Made by a program: the position numbers and the translations under genes. From NCBI GenBank assembly GCA_050288685.1, contig JBNKEH010000005.1:29288-93287 (forward strand): DNA of 64,000 nucleotides, written 5' to 3'. Source of the DNA: Paracoccaceae bacterium. Lineage in GTDB: Bacteria > Pseudomonadota > Alphaproteobacteria > Rhodobacterales > Rhodobacteraceae. This document shows, piece after piece, positions 47,072 to 56,822 of this stretch. The notes beneath the pieces were generated by a model. That model saw only the letters and a program-made list of their open reading frames with translations, had not been told where the DNA came from and searched no databases. The first letter of the stretch is position 1. Every line of letters starts with the position of its first letter.

Positions 47072-47217
47072 CCGCTGACAGCGGAGTGCCGCGCCTGACC
47101 TTGGGGAGGCGTTTTGCGGCGCCCCTGCGATGCGATGCGCGCAAAAGCAGAAATATCGGGATAGCTCAATGCGGTGTTTCCAATGCGCCTTCCCGGGGGG
47201 AAGGTCAGGCGCGGCAC
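47072..47217. repeat. Structured intergenic element, copy A (17-bp perfect inverted repeat, 47086-47102/47201-47217)
   Basis: GTGCCGCGCCTGACCTT ... AAGGTCAGGCGCGGCAC with nested inner stems; homologous to 57950-58098. Confidence 0.8.
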
Positions 47218-47270
47218 GGGCTTGCAGCCCGCGCCAAGGGTGAGCACGGCAACACCATCGGAGCCCCGTC

Positions 47271-48335
47271 ATGAGCCTTGCCCCCCTTCTGTGCGCGCGC
47301 ATCGCGGCCTCCGGGCCGATCTCCGTGGCCGAATACATGGCCGAGTGTCTGATGCACCCGGAGCATGGCTATTACAGCACCCGCGATCCGTTCGGGGTGG
47401 CGGGGGATTTCACCACCGCGCCGGAGATCAGCCAGATGTTTGGCGAGATGATCGGGCTGGCGCTGGCGCAGAGCTGGCTGGATCAGGGCGCGCTTGCCCC
47501 CTTCACCCTTGCCGAGCTTGGCCCCGGTCGCGGCACGCTAATGGCCGACATCCTGCGCGCCACCAAAGCGGTGCCGAGCTTTCACGCCGCCCTGCGCCTG
47601 CATCTGGTCGAAGCCTCGCCGACCTTACGCGACAAGCAGAAGGCCACGCTCGCAGGCTTTGACGTGACCCATTGCGACAGCGTGGACGATCTGCCCGATG
47701 CGCCGCTTTTCCTCGTCGCCAACGAGTTTTTCGACGCTTTGCCGATCCGCCAGTTCATCCGGGCCGCCGATGGCTGGCGCGAGCGGCTGGTGGGGCTTGA
47801 GGGCGGCACGCTCGCCTTTGGCCTTGGCGGATCAGACGCCCCCGCCGCGCTGGCTGGCCGCGATGATGTGGCCGAAGGTGGGCTGGTCGAGATCTGCCCC
47901 GCCGCCCCGGCGATCATGGCCGCCATCGAGGCGCGGATTGCCGCCCATGGCGGGGTGGCGCTGATCGTGGATTATGGCGACTGGCGCTCGCTCGGCGACA
48001 CGTTGCAGGCCCTGCGCGCGCACCAGCCCGAAGACCCGCTGGCCCATCCCGGCGAAGCCGATCTGACCGCGCATGTGGATTTCGAAGCGCTGCGGCGGGC
48101 CGCCCCCGGCCTTGCCGCCTCGGCCATGACCCCGCAGGGGGTGTTTCTGGAACGGCTCGGCATCACCGCCCGCGCGCAGGCTCTGGCCGGAAATCTGGCC
48201 GGCGCGGCGCTGGAAAGTCACATTCAGGCCCATCGCCGCTTGACGCACCCCGAGGAAATGGGAACCCTGTTCAAAACGATAGCCTTCACCAAAAGAGGCG
48301 CAGCGATGCTGCCGGGATTGTCAGAATGGGCCTAG
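47271..48335 (+). CDS. SAM-dependent methyltransferase, MidA/NDUFAF7 family
   Basis: GDFTTAPEISQMFGEM, ELGPGRGTL, ANEFFDALP, IVDYG and DLTAHVDF motifs. Confidence 0.93.
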   Translation: MSLAPLLCARIAASGPISVAEYMAECLMHPEHGYYSTRDPFGVAGDFTTAPEISQMFGEMIGLALAQSWLDQGALAPFTLAELGPGRGTLMADILRATKAVPSFHAALRLHLVEASPTLRDKQKATLAGFDVTHCDSVDDLPDAPLFLVANEFFDALPIRQFIRAADGWRERLVGLEGGTLAFGLGGSDAPAALAGRDDVAEGGLVEICPAAPAIMAAIEARIAAHGGVALIVDYGDWRSLGDTLQALRAHQPEDPLAHPGEADLTAHVDFEALRRAAPGLAASAMTPQGVFLERLGITARAQALAGNLAGAALESHIQAHRRLTHPEEMGTLFKTIAFTKRGAAMLPGLSEWA

Positions 48336-49084
48336 AGATCATCACCTCCGACGCGCTGGACGGCGTGACCCACGGGTTTTTCACCCGCAAGGGCGGTGCG
48401 TCCTCCGGCATCTATGCGGGGCTGAATTGCGGCACCGGCTCGGGCGATCTGAAAGACGCGGTGACGATGAACCGCGCGCGTGTGGCGGCGGCGATGGAGG
48501 TGGAACCCGACGGTCTGGTGACGGTGCATCAGACCCATTCGGCCACAGCCCTGCCGGTAACCGGCGCCTTTGCCGATCCGCGCCCCGAAGCCGATGCGAT
48601 GGTCACAGCCACGCCGGGGGTGGCGCTGGCCATTCTCACCGCCGATTGCGAGCCGGTGCTGTTTGCCGACCGTACAGCCGGGGTGATCGGGGCCGCTCAT
48701 GCCGGATGGAAAGGCGCGCTGGACGGGGTGCTGGAAGCCACGCTCGATGCGATGGAAGCGCTTGGCGCCAAACGCGAAAACACCCATGCCGCGATCGGGC
48801 CGACGATTTCGCAAGGCGCCTATGAGGTTGGTCCGGAATTCGTCGAGCGCTTCGTCGATACCGACCGCGACTATGGCCGGTTCTTTGCCGCAGGCGAAGG
48901 CGACCGTGCGATGTTCGACCTGCCCGCCTTTGGCCTGCACCGGCTGCGCACGGCCGGGATCGGCCATGCCGAATGGACCTGCCATTGCACCTATTCAGAC
49001 CCGGTGCGGTTCTATTCCTTCCGCCGTTCGGTGCATCGCAACGAGGCCGATTACGGGCGGCTGATCTCGGTGATCCGGCTCTAA
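48326..49084 (+). CDS. pgeF: PgeF/YfiH (purine nucleoside phosphorylase/laccase-like)
   Basis: HGFFTRKGG, HQTHS, ADAMVT, TADC and AAHAGWKG motifs. Confidence 0.93.
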   Translation: MGLEIITSDALDGVTHGFFTRKGGASSGIYAGLNCGTGSGDLKDAVTMNRARVAAAMEVEPDGLVTVHQTHSATALPVTGAFADPRPEADAMVTATPGVALAILTADCEPVLFADRTAGVIGAAHAGWKGALDGVLEATLDAMEALGAKRENTHAAIGPTISQGAYEVGPEFVERFVDTDRDYGRFFAAGEGDRAMFDLPAFGLHRLRTAGIGHAEWTCHCTYSDPVRFYSFRRSVHRNEADYGRLISVIRL

Positions 49085-49252
49085 CGCCACGTCCGGCGTT
49101 GTTCGCCACCCAGCATCAATCGCGCCATCTTGGCCGAATTTTGCACGAAAACCGCCCCGACCTTTCCCCGGCGCGGCCCTCAACCTGCCCCAATCCCACG
49201 CCAAAAGGGATCAACGACCAGAAGGGTCGCGGGACAGTACAAGGGCAAGTCC

Positions 49253-49384
49253 ATGAGCAAGCGTCGCTGGCTGAAAAAGGTGATCGAAACCGCGAAAACC
49301 GAGCCGATTAAGGCCCCCTGGGCCCGAGGCAGCCAACGCAAGGCCTGGAAAGACGCCGCCCGCAGCCGCGCCAAGGCCGCGTAA
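49253..49384 (+). CDS. Small basic hypothetical protein (43 aa)
   Basis: MSKRRWLKKVIETAKTEPIKAPWARGSQRK..., with an AAGGG RBS and its own terminator. Confidence 0.6.
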   Translation: MSKRRWLKKVIETAKTEPIKAPWARGSQRKAWKDAARSRAKAA

Positions 49385-49404
49385 GCAAACAGAATACCTC
49401 GTGG

Positions 49405-49437
49405 AATGCCGTCCCTTCGGGGGCGGTATTTCTTTTT
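49405..49437 (+). terminator. Rho-independent terminator with a cUUCGg loop
   Basis: AATGCCGTCCC-TTCG-GGGGCGGTATT followed by TCTTTTT. Confidence 0.75.
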
Positions 49438-49440
49438 GGG

Positions 49441-50304
49441 TTAGCGCCCGTGCGACTGATCGTAGGAATTGGGCTGCGGCGCGCGCCAGCCGGTCAAGGC
49501 CCCCGGCGCGGGGGTGAAGGTTTCCACCAAGAGCGGATGACAGATGGCGGCGTCCGACGAATGCTCCGCCGAACAATCGCCCCCCGGACAGGCCGAGAGC
49601 GCCCCGATCAGATCAATCTCGGCGAAAAATTCCAGATAATCGCCAGGGCGCACCGGGCTGGCTTTCATCATGTATTGCCCGGTCTCGCGCAGAAAGCCGG
49701 TGCACATGAAGACGTTGAGCACGTCATGCACATGCGGTTCGGCCTCGGCGAGGCTCACCCCCAGATGATCGGCCAGCGCGCGGGTCAGGTTGGAATGGCA
49801 GCAATGGTGATAGGGATCGTCGGACAGGAGACAATGTGTATAGGGATCGCAGCGCGTGCCGATCACGTCATGCACCGAAGCGCCATCAGCATCGAACCCG
49901 TACCAATCCAGCGTATCGGCCACGATCGTGGCCATCGGGCGCAGATGCGGAAAGGCGCTCCACATCCTGTCGCCAGTCGATAGATGGGTGCCATGCAGGG
50001 CGCGGGTCTTGCCGGAATAGAACCGCTCGGACAGATCGCGCGCGTTCCACAGGTTGAGATCGCCCACCTGCGGCCCATCGACCGAGGAGATGCGAAAGAA
50101 GCTGCCCGCCGGAACCTCGAAAATCGCCGCCTCGCGCGGCGCCACCAGCACCGCCCCGCTTTGCCGTGCCCCGGCCCGCGCGGCCCGGTAGAGGGTGAGA
50201 TCGGGCGCTGGCAGGGTTTCGGGCGGATAGGCCACCACCGGGCGGATCCCGCGACGCGCGGCAGCATCGGCCGGGGCGGGAAATTCGGGCTGTTTGGGCT
50301 TCAT
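49441..50304 (-). CDS. DUF1989 / urea carboxylase-associated family protein
   Basis: GPQVGDLN, HDVIGTRCDP, CCHSNL, DVLNVFMC and ALSACPGGD motifs. Confidence 0.88.
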   Translation of the reverse strand: MKPKQPEFPAPADAAARRGIRPVVAYPPETLPAPDLTLYRAARAGARQSGAVLVAPREAAIFEVPAGSFFRISSVDGPQVGDLNLWNARDLSERFYSGKTRALHGTHLSTGDRMWSAFPHLRPMATIVADTLDWYGFDADGASVHDVIGTRCDPYTHCLLSDDPYHHCCHSNLTRALADHLGVSLAEAEPHVHDVLNVFMCTGFLRETGQYMMKASPVRPGDYLEFFAEIDLIGALSACPGGDCSAEHSSDAAICHPLLVETFTPAPGALTGWRAPQPNSYDQSHGR

Positions 50305-50554
50305 GGTCACCAACCTCGTCTAAGCAGGAATACAATGGCGCGGCCCGGCACCGCCCCACAAGACACTTCAAGGTTGCGCCACTCGCCTTACTGGCCGATA
50401 TGCACCGGACCGGGCGGAATAGCCATGCCCGCCCGTCAGAACCTCGCACCGGGTAAGCACGCGCAAACGTGATCGTGCTTTAATGTCTTGCGAGTGGTCG
50501 GGCGATTGGCAAGGGCCAGCCCGTTGTCTAGGATGGAAAAGAAGAGGAGGACCG

Positions 50555-51490
50555 ATGGCGCTGACAAGATTTGGGCAAGCAGCAACCGCTCTGCGCATCG
50601 TTTCAGCGCTGTTGGGCCTTGTGGCGTTCTTCGGGCTGTCGGCCTGTTCCTATCCGGTGATCGGGCCAAATTTCACCACCGAGGCGAAGAGCCTGAAGGC
50701 CGAAACCTTCACCTGCTGCGCCGATCCCGAGAAATTCTATTTCCCGCCCTTTGCCCAGCTGGCGCTGGCGCTGGGTGACGTGGTCGGACAGGGAGCCGCC
50801 AACGCGGCCTATGGCGAATATGACAGCAGCGAATATCCCGGCACCCTGACCGGCAAGACCGAAGCGCATGAAAAGATCCGCGCCCGGCTCAAGCCGCTGG
50901 ACATCATGGTGATCAGCAACAAGTCCTACCAGCTTGGCCGCCTGATGCCCGGGCAGTTCAGCCATTCGATGATCTATATCGGCACCGAGGCCCAGCTGCG
51001 CGCGGCGGGTCTGTGGTCGCTGCCCGAGGTGGTGCCCTATCACGACCAGATCCGCGCCGGGAACATCTTCATGGAGTCGGCCACGCCGGATGTGCATCTG
51101 ATGAGCACCGCCAAGGCCTTCGAGATCGATCGGGTGGTGGCGATGCGGCCGCAGCTGACCGCGAAAGAGAAACGCGTGGCGATGGCGCGGTTCATGGGCT
51201 CGATCGGCGCGCCGTTCAATTTCAGCATGGATCTGGACCCGAACAATCAAAAATTCGTCTGCACCGGGTTGATCAATTACGCCATGCCCAGTCTGGGCCT
51301 GACCCAGCGCCGGATTTACGCACGTAGCACGATCTTGCCGGATGATGTGGCCTCGCAGGCCATCCGGGGTGACAAGCTGGACCTGATCACCTATGTGATC
51401 GGCACCGATGAGGGCTATGCGCCCCGCAGCACCTTTGCCCTCATGGTAGATCTGGCCGCCTATTGGGGCGTGCCGCACAATCGTCCATGA
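50555..51490 (+). CDS. Lipoprotein, permuted papain-like NlpC/P60 (YiiX/YaeF) family
   Basis: LSAC lipobox; His precedes Cys (FSHSMIYIG ... FVCTGL); GAGGAGG RBS. Confidence 0.8.
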   Translation: MALTRFGQAATALRIVSALLGLVAFFGLSACSYPVIGPNFTTEAKSLKAETFTCCADPEKFYFPPFAQLALALGDVVGQGAANAAYGEYDSSEYPGTLTGKTEAHEKIRARLKPLDIMVISNKSYQLGRLMPGQFSHSMIYIGTEAQLRAAGLWSLPEVVPYHDQIRAGNIFMESATPDVHLMSTAKAFEIDRVVAMRPQLTAKEKRVAMARFMGSIGAPFNFSMDLDPNNQKFVCTGLINYAMPSLGLTQRRIYARSTILPDDVASQAIRGDKLDLITYVIGTDEGYAPRSTFALMVDLAAYWGVPHNRP

Positions 51491-51500
51491 AGGAACACAG

Positions 51501-52442
51501 ATGATCCGTCCCGCCTTTCTCGCCGCGCTGGCAGCGCTTGGCTTGCTGTCAGCCTGCGCTCCGGCGGTGGATCCGGCCTTCACGGGGATCACCCCCGATA
51601 CTGACCCGAAAACCTTTACCTGCTGCGCCAATCCCGAGCGCATCCCGGCCCCGATTGCCAAGATCGGCTTCGATCTGTCGCCGGCCTTTTCGCCGCTGGT
51701 CTCAGCCGCACCGATCCGTCAGGGCTATCTGACCGCCGCCCCCGATGCGTGGTCCTACCTGCTCGATCAGGCCCGGCCGCTGGATATCCTGCTGACCTCG
51801 GGCAAGAACTGGATCCCTGGTCAGGTGATCACCGGGCGTTTCACCCATTCCGCCGTCTATCTGGGCACCGAAGCACAGCTGACCGCGCTGGGTCTGTGGA
51901 ACGACCCGCTGATCGTGCCGCATCACGACGAGATCCGCGCCGGAAATATCATCATCGAAGGGGTCAGCGGCGGCGCCAAACTGAACGATGCCCCGCATAT
52001 CTTCGACACCGACGGTGCCCTGATGGTGCGCCCGAAACTGGCCAACACCGCCGCCCGGCGCAAGGCGGTGAAGCGGCTCTTTTCCCGGCTGGGCGTGCCC
52101 TTCGATTACACCTTCGATGTCTCGACCTGTGGCCAGCTCGCCTGCACCGAAATGGTGGCGCAATCCATGCCGCAGGTCGGGTTTCTGGTGCGCAAAGCCT
52201 ATGACTATCTGGTGCTGATGCCCGACGATATTGCCGCCCAATCCATTCGCGGCGAGAACCTGCGCGTGGTCGCCTATGCCCGTGGCACCGCTGAGGGCTG
52301 GACCAAGGGCAGCCAGTTTGATGCGATGCAGGACATTGCCGCAAGCTGGGGGCCGGTGCCGAAAGACGCGCCGAAGCCGATACTGCAACGCACCAGCGAT
52401 AAAGGCGTCGCCGGGATGTGCACGCCGCAGAACGGGGTCTGA
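51501..52442 (+). CDS. Lipoprotein, permuted papain-like NlpC/P60 (YiiX/YaeF) family, tandem paralog
   Basis: LSAC lipobox; FTHSAVYLG ... PFDYTF ... LACTEMV motifs. Confidence 0.8.
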   Translation: MIRPAFLAALAALGLLSACAPAVDPAFTGITPDTDPKTFTCCANPERIPAPIAKIGFDLSPAFSPLVSAAPIRQGYLTAAPDAWSYLLDQARPLDILLTSGKNWIPGQVITGRFTHSAVYLGTEAQLTALGLWNDPLIVPHHDEIRAGNIIIEGVSGGAKLNDAPHIFDTDGALMVRPKLANTAARRKAVKRLFSRLGVPFDYTFDVSTCGQLACTEMVAQSMPQVGFLVRKAYDYLVLMPDDIAAQSIRGENLRVVAYARGTAEGWTKGSQFDAMQDIAASWGPVPKDAPKPILQRTSDKGVAGMCTPQNGV

Positions 52443-52465
52443 GGCTGAGCCTCAGCCCGCCGGAT

Positions 52466-53314
52466 TCAGCTCACCGGGCGTAGCGGGATATTGTCGATCA
52501 GCCGGACCGGGCCGAGGAAGGCCGCCGCCAGCAACCGCGCCGGACGGTCGAGCACATCCATCGGCGCCAGCCCATCTTCGGCCCGCAGCTCAAGATAATC
52601 CACCGCGATGAAGCCTGCCGCCACGATGGCGCGCTCGGCTTCGGCCAGCGCTTCGGCCACCGGCTTGCCCGCCCGCAGCGCCTCAGCGGCTTTCCGCATT
52701 TCGCGGTTGAGCACCGGGGCAATCGCCCGATCTTCCGCCGAAAGCCGTGCATTGCGCGACGACAGCGCCAGCCCATCAGCCTCGCGGACCGTAGCGCAGC
52801 CGATGATTTCGATGGTCAGATCGAGATCGCGCACCAGCCGCCGGACCACCTGAAGCTGCTGAAAATCCTTCTCGCCGAAAAAGGCGACATCGGCCTGCGT
52901 TTGGGTGAAGATCTTCGTCACCACCGTGGCGACGCCGTCGAAATGGCCCGGACGATGCGCGCCGCACAGCCCTTCGCTGACACCGGTGACCGAAATCGTG
53001 GTGGCAAAGCCGTCGGGGTAAACCTCTTCGACATGGGGGGCATAGAGCAGATCGACCCCCGCCGCCTCCAGCACGGCGGCATCGTCCTGCAGATGGCGCG
53101 GATAGTTCGCCAGATCGTCCTTGTTGTCGAACTGGGTCGGGTTCACGAACAGCCAGACCACCACCTTGTCGGCCCCGGCCTTCGCCGCCTCGACAAGGCT
53201 CAGATGCCCCTCATGCAGCGCGCCCATGGTCGGCACCACGGCCACGCGTGCGCCTGCAGCGGCCCAGTCTGCGCGGGTGCTGCGCATCTCGGCCAGAGTA
53301 TGAACGATTTTCAT
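52466..53314 (-). CDS. panC: Pantoate--beta-alanine ligase
   Basis: [38 protein letters not shown] and GLALSSRN motifs. Confidence 0.97.
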   Translation of the reverse strand: MKIVHTLAEMRSTRADWAAAGARVAVVPTMGALHEGHLSLVEAAKAGADKVVVWLFVNPTQFDNKDDLANYPRHLQDDAAVLEAAGVDLLYAPHVEEVYPDGFATTISVTGVSEGLCGAHRPGHFDGVATVVTKIFTQTQADVAFFGEKDFQQLQVVRRLVRDLDLTIEIIGCATVREADGLALSSRNARLSAEDRAIAPVLNREMRKAAEALRAGKPVAEALAEAERAIVAAGFIAVDYLELRAEDGLAPMDVLDRPARLLAAAFLGPVRLIDNIPLRPVS

Positions 53315-54141
53315 TTCCGGTTGGTCTCGTCGGCAAAAACATGGTCGGGGGCCGGAAAGGTCCGGGCGCGAACCTCGGCAGCAAAGGCGGCGATGGCCTC
53401 GTCGGTCAGGGCGCCCAACTCGGCATAGCGTTTCACGAATTTCGGTTTGAACCCGGTGAAGATGCCCAGAATGTCATCGACCACCAGCACCTGCCCATCG
53501 CAATGCACTGAACCGCCAATGCCGATGGTGGGAATATCAATCGCGTCGGTGATCTGGTCGGCCAGCACTTCCGGCACCTTTTCCAGCACCACCGAAAACG
53601 CCCCGGCCTCGGCCACGGCCTTGGCGTCTGCCAGCACGCGGGCGGCGTCTTCGCCCCTGCCCTGCACCTTGTAGCCGCCAAAGGTGTTGATCGATTGCGG
53701 CGTCAGCCCGACATGGGCCATCACCGGAATCGAGCGTTGGGTCAGAAAGCGGATGGTTTCGGCCATCGCCACGCCGCCTTCCAGCTTCACCGCCGCCGCG
53801 CCGGTTTCGGCGATGATCCGGGCGGCGTTGCGGAAGGCCTGTTCGGGGCTTTCCTCATAGGAGCCAAAGGGCATGTCGATCACGATCAGTGCGTTTTTGC
53901 TGCCACGCGCCACGGCCTGACCGTGCAGGATCATCATTTCCATGGTCACGCCAAGGGTCGAGGGCAGGCCATGCAGCACCATGCCCACGCTGTCGCCCAC
54001 CAGAACGACATCGCAATGACGATCGACCTGCTCGGCCATCGGGGTGGTATAGGCGGTCAGGCACACGATCGGCGTGCCGCCTTTGCGGGCGCGAATATCA
54101 GAAGGGGTGAGGGCCTTCTGGGATGCGGATGCGCTCATCAT
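53311..54141 (-). CDS. panB: 3-methyl-2-oxobutanoate hydroxymethyltransferase
   Basis: [34 protein letters not shown] and CDGQVLV motifs. Confidence 0.97.
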   Translation of the reverse strand: MMSASASQKALTPSDIRARKGGTPIVCLTAYTTPMAEQVDRHCDVVLVGDSVGMVLHGLPSTLGVTMEMMILHGQAVARGSKNALIVIDMPFGSYEESPEQAFRNAARIIAETGAAAVKLEGGVAMAETIRFLTQRSIPVMAHVGLTPQSINTFGGYKVQGRGEDAARVLADAKAVAEAGAFSVVLEKVPEVLADQITDAIDIPTIGIGGSVHCDGQVLVVDDILGIFTGFKPKFVKRYAELGALTDEAIAAFAAEVRARTFPAPDHVFADETNRK

Positions 54142-54300
54142 GTCCTCCCACTGACACGTCGGCTGGGGGCCAGCAATAGGCCGCTGCGGCGCAGAAATCC
54201 ACCGGTTTTCGCACCCGAGCTCGCAACGATGTCGCTACGTCGCACGGGACTTATCCGGGGCTTATACGGGCCTCACCCTCACGTAAGCGTGCTTGGGGCC

Positions 54301-54314
54301 TTGATTCAAGTCAT
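54301..54314. promoter_or_regulatory. Putative FnrL/FixK box
   Basis: TTGAT-TCAA-GTCAT matches TTGAY-N4-RTCAA at 9 of 10 positions, about 60 bp upstream of the Lon-like gene. Confidence 0.45.
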
Positions 54315-54371
54315 GTCCAACCCAGCGCGCCGCGCGCAAGCTCAAAGGGTCACCAGTATCGCGGAGCCGTC

Positions 54372-56822
54372 ATGCCCGACCATAAAGATTTTCTTCCCCC
54401 GCTTGCCCCTGAAGCCCTTGCAAGGCGCTGCGATCCGGCCAGCCTGCCCTTTGCCGTCACCACCGAGCTTGGCGATGAAGACGGGCTGATCGGCCAGAGC
54501 CGCGCCGTGGATGCAATCCGGCTCTCGGCCACGATTGCGCATCGCGATTTCAACCTGTTCGTGGTGGGGCCAGAAGGCACCGGACGGCACAGCGCAGTGC
54601 GGCAGCTTCTGAAAGAGCAGGCCACGGCCCGCGAAACCCCTTCGGACTGGGTCTATGTGAACAATTTCGAGGCCGGGCATAAGCCGCGCGCCCTGAAACT
54701 GCCCCAAGGCGTTGGCCCGAAGCTGCGCGCGGCGATGGAAGCGGTGATCGACGATCTTGCCACCGATATTCCCTCGCTCTTCGAAAGCGAGGAATATCAA
54801 TCCGAGCGGCGGGTGATCGAACAGGAATTCAGCGAAGAGCAGGAAGCGGCGATGGCCGAGTTCGGCGATCGGATCAAGGCCGAGAACGTGGCCATGGTGC
54901 GCACGCCGATGGGCTATATGCTGACCGCGGTGCGCGAAGGAAAGCTGGTGAACAGCGAGGAATATGACAAGCTGCCGGAGAAGGAACGCGACGAGATCGA
55001 CGCGAAAATCGCGCGCTTTCAGGAAGAGCTGGCAGTGGTGCTGCGTCAGGCCCCGGTGCTCGACCGCGAGCGGCGCAAGGCGGTGGAGGAGCTGAACGCG
55101 GCGATGGCCGAACATCTGGTCTCGGAACGCTTTGAAGCGCTGGACGAGAGCCTGTTTGCCATTCCGCCGGTGGCCGATTTCCTCAACGAGGTCCATGCCG
55201 ACATCATCGCCAGTGCCGATCTGTTCATTCAGGTGGCGGCGCAAAAGGGCGATGGCCCCTTCCCCGACATGGTCGGCAAGATGCACCGCCAGCCGGTCTT
55301 TGCCCGCTACATGGTGAATGTGCTGGTGTCTTATGATCCCGAAACCGAACCGGGCGCGCCGGTGGTGTTCGAGGAGCTGCCCACGCTCGATCGGCTGACC
55401 GGCCGGATCGACCATATGAGCCAGATGGGATCGCTCACCACCAATTTCACCATGATCAAGCCGGGGGCGCTGCACCGGGCCAATGGCGGCTATCTGGTGC
55501 TGGATGCGCGGCGGTTGCTGACCGAACCCTATGCCTGGGACGCGCTGAAACGCTCGATCGAGGCCGGGCGGATCACCATCACCTCGCTGGCCGAGCGGAT
55601 GAGCCTTATCTCGACCACGGCGCTGGAGCCCGACCCGATTCCGCTGGATGTCCGGGTGGTGCTGATCGGCGACCGGATGCTGCACGCGCTGCTGGTCATG
55701 GCCGACCCGGATTTCGGCGAGCTGTTCAAGGTGCAGGCGGATTTCGAGGAAAGCACCGAGCGCAGCGATGAAAGCCTGACGCTTTACGCACGGCTGGTCG
55801 GCTCTTTCGCCGCGCGCGAGGGGTTGAAACCGATGAGCGCCGCCGGGGTGGCGCGGCTGATCGACGAAGCCACGCGGATGGCCGAGGACAGTCAGAAATT
55901 CTCGCTGCGCCTTGGCACCCTGACCGATCTGATGCGCGAGGCCGAGCATTACGCCATAGGGCGCGGGGCCGAGGTGATCGACGCCGAAGACATCGAGCGC
56001 ACCCTGCGCGAGAAAGACCGCCGCGCCTCGCGCATCCGCGACCGGATGAAAGAGGCGGTGACGCGTAACACCATCCTGATCGACACTGATGGCGCAAAAG
56101 TAGGCCAGATCAACGGGCTGTCGGTGATCGGGCTCGGCAATTACGCCTTTGGCCGCCCGTCGCGGATCACCGCGCGGGTGCGGATGGGGGCTGGCAAGCT
56201 GATCGACATCGAACGCGAGGTCGAGCTGGGCGGGCCGCTACACTCCAAGGGGGTGATGATCCTCTCGGGCTACCTCACCGCCACCTATGCGCTCGACGTG
56301 CCGTTCTCGCTGCATGCAAGCCTGGTGTTTGAGCAAAGCTATGGCGGGGTGGATGGCGATAGTGCCTCCTCGGCCGAGCTTTACGCGCTTCTCTCGGCGC
56401 TGTCCGATCTGCCGCTGGATCAGAGCTTTGCCGTGACCGGCTCGGTCAACCAGCTGGGCGAGGTGCAGGCGATTGGCGGGGTGAACGAAAAGATCGAAGG
56501 CTTTTTCGAAACCTGCGAGGCGCGCGGCCTGACCGGCAAACAGGGCGTGCTGATCCCGGCGGCGAATGTCGAACATCTGATGCTACGCGACAATGTAATC
56601 GACGCCGCCCGCGCCGGAAAATTCCGCATCATCCCCGTGCGCCATATCGACGAGGGCATCGCGCTGCTAACCGGCAAGCCCGCCGGAAAACGCGGCAAGA
56701 AAGGCAGCTTTCCCAAGAACAGCGTGAATGCGCGGGTCGAGGCCACCCTGCGCCGCTATGCCGAGCAACGGCGTGACTTTGGCAAGATGCCCAATGGCGC
56801 GAATGGGGGGGCGGCGAAATGA
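54372..56822 (+). CDS. LonC-type Lon-like protease (AAA-like module plus Lon proteolytic domain)
   Basis: GDSAS Ser and GGVNEKIEGF Lys dyad, GALHRANGGYL, a helical coiled-coil insert and a degenerate Walker A (GPEGTGRHS). Confidence 0.88.
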   Translation: MPDHKDFLPPLAPEALARRCDPASLPFAVTTELGDEDGLIGQSRAVDAIRLSATIAHRDFNLFVVGPEGTGRHSAVRQLLKEQATARETPSDWVYVNNFEAGHKPRALKLPQGVGPKLRAAMEAVIDDLATDIPSLFESEEYQSERRVIEQEFSEEQEAAMAEFGDRIKAENVAMVRTPMGYMLTAVREGKLVNSEEYDKLPEKERDEIDAKIARFQEELAVVLRQAPVLDRERRKAVEELNAAMAEHLVSERFEALDESLFAIPPVADFLNEVHADIIASADLFIQVAAQKGDGPFPDMVGKMHRQPVFARYMVNVLVSYDPETEPGAPVVFEELPTLDRLTGRIDHMSQMGSLTTNFTMIKPGALHRANGGYLVLDARRLLTEPYAWDALKRSIEAGRITITSLAERMSLISTTALEPDPIPLDVRVVLIGDRMLHALLVMADPDFGELFKVQADFEESTERSDESLTLYARLVGSFAAREGLKPMSAAGVARLIDEATRMAEDSQKFSLRLGTLTDLMREAEHYAIGRGAEVIDAEDIERTLREKDRRASRIRDRMKEAVTRNTILIDTDGAKVGQINGLSVIGLGNYAFGRPSRITARVRMGAGKLIDIEREVELGGPLHSKGVMILSGYLTATYALDVPFSLHASLVFEQSYGGVDGDSASSAELYALLSALSDLPLDQSFAVTGSVNQLGEVQAIGGVNEKIEGFFETCEARGLTGKQGVLIPAANVEHLMLRDNVIDAARAGKFRIIPVRHIDEGIALLTGKPAGKRGKKGSFPKNSVNARVEATLRRYAEQRRDFGKMPNGANGGAAK

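Noticed and set aside
54142-54300. Possible pan RNA motif in the panB leader
   Set aside because: I could not identify the repeated bulged hairpins by eye; an Rfam covariance-model scan is needed.
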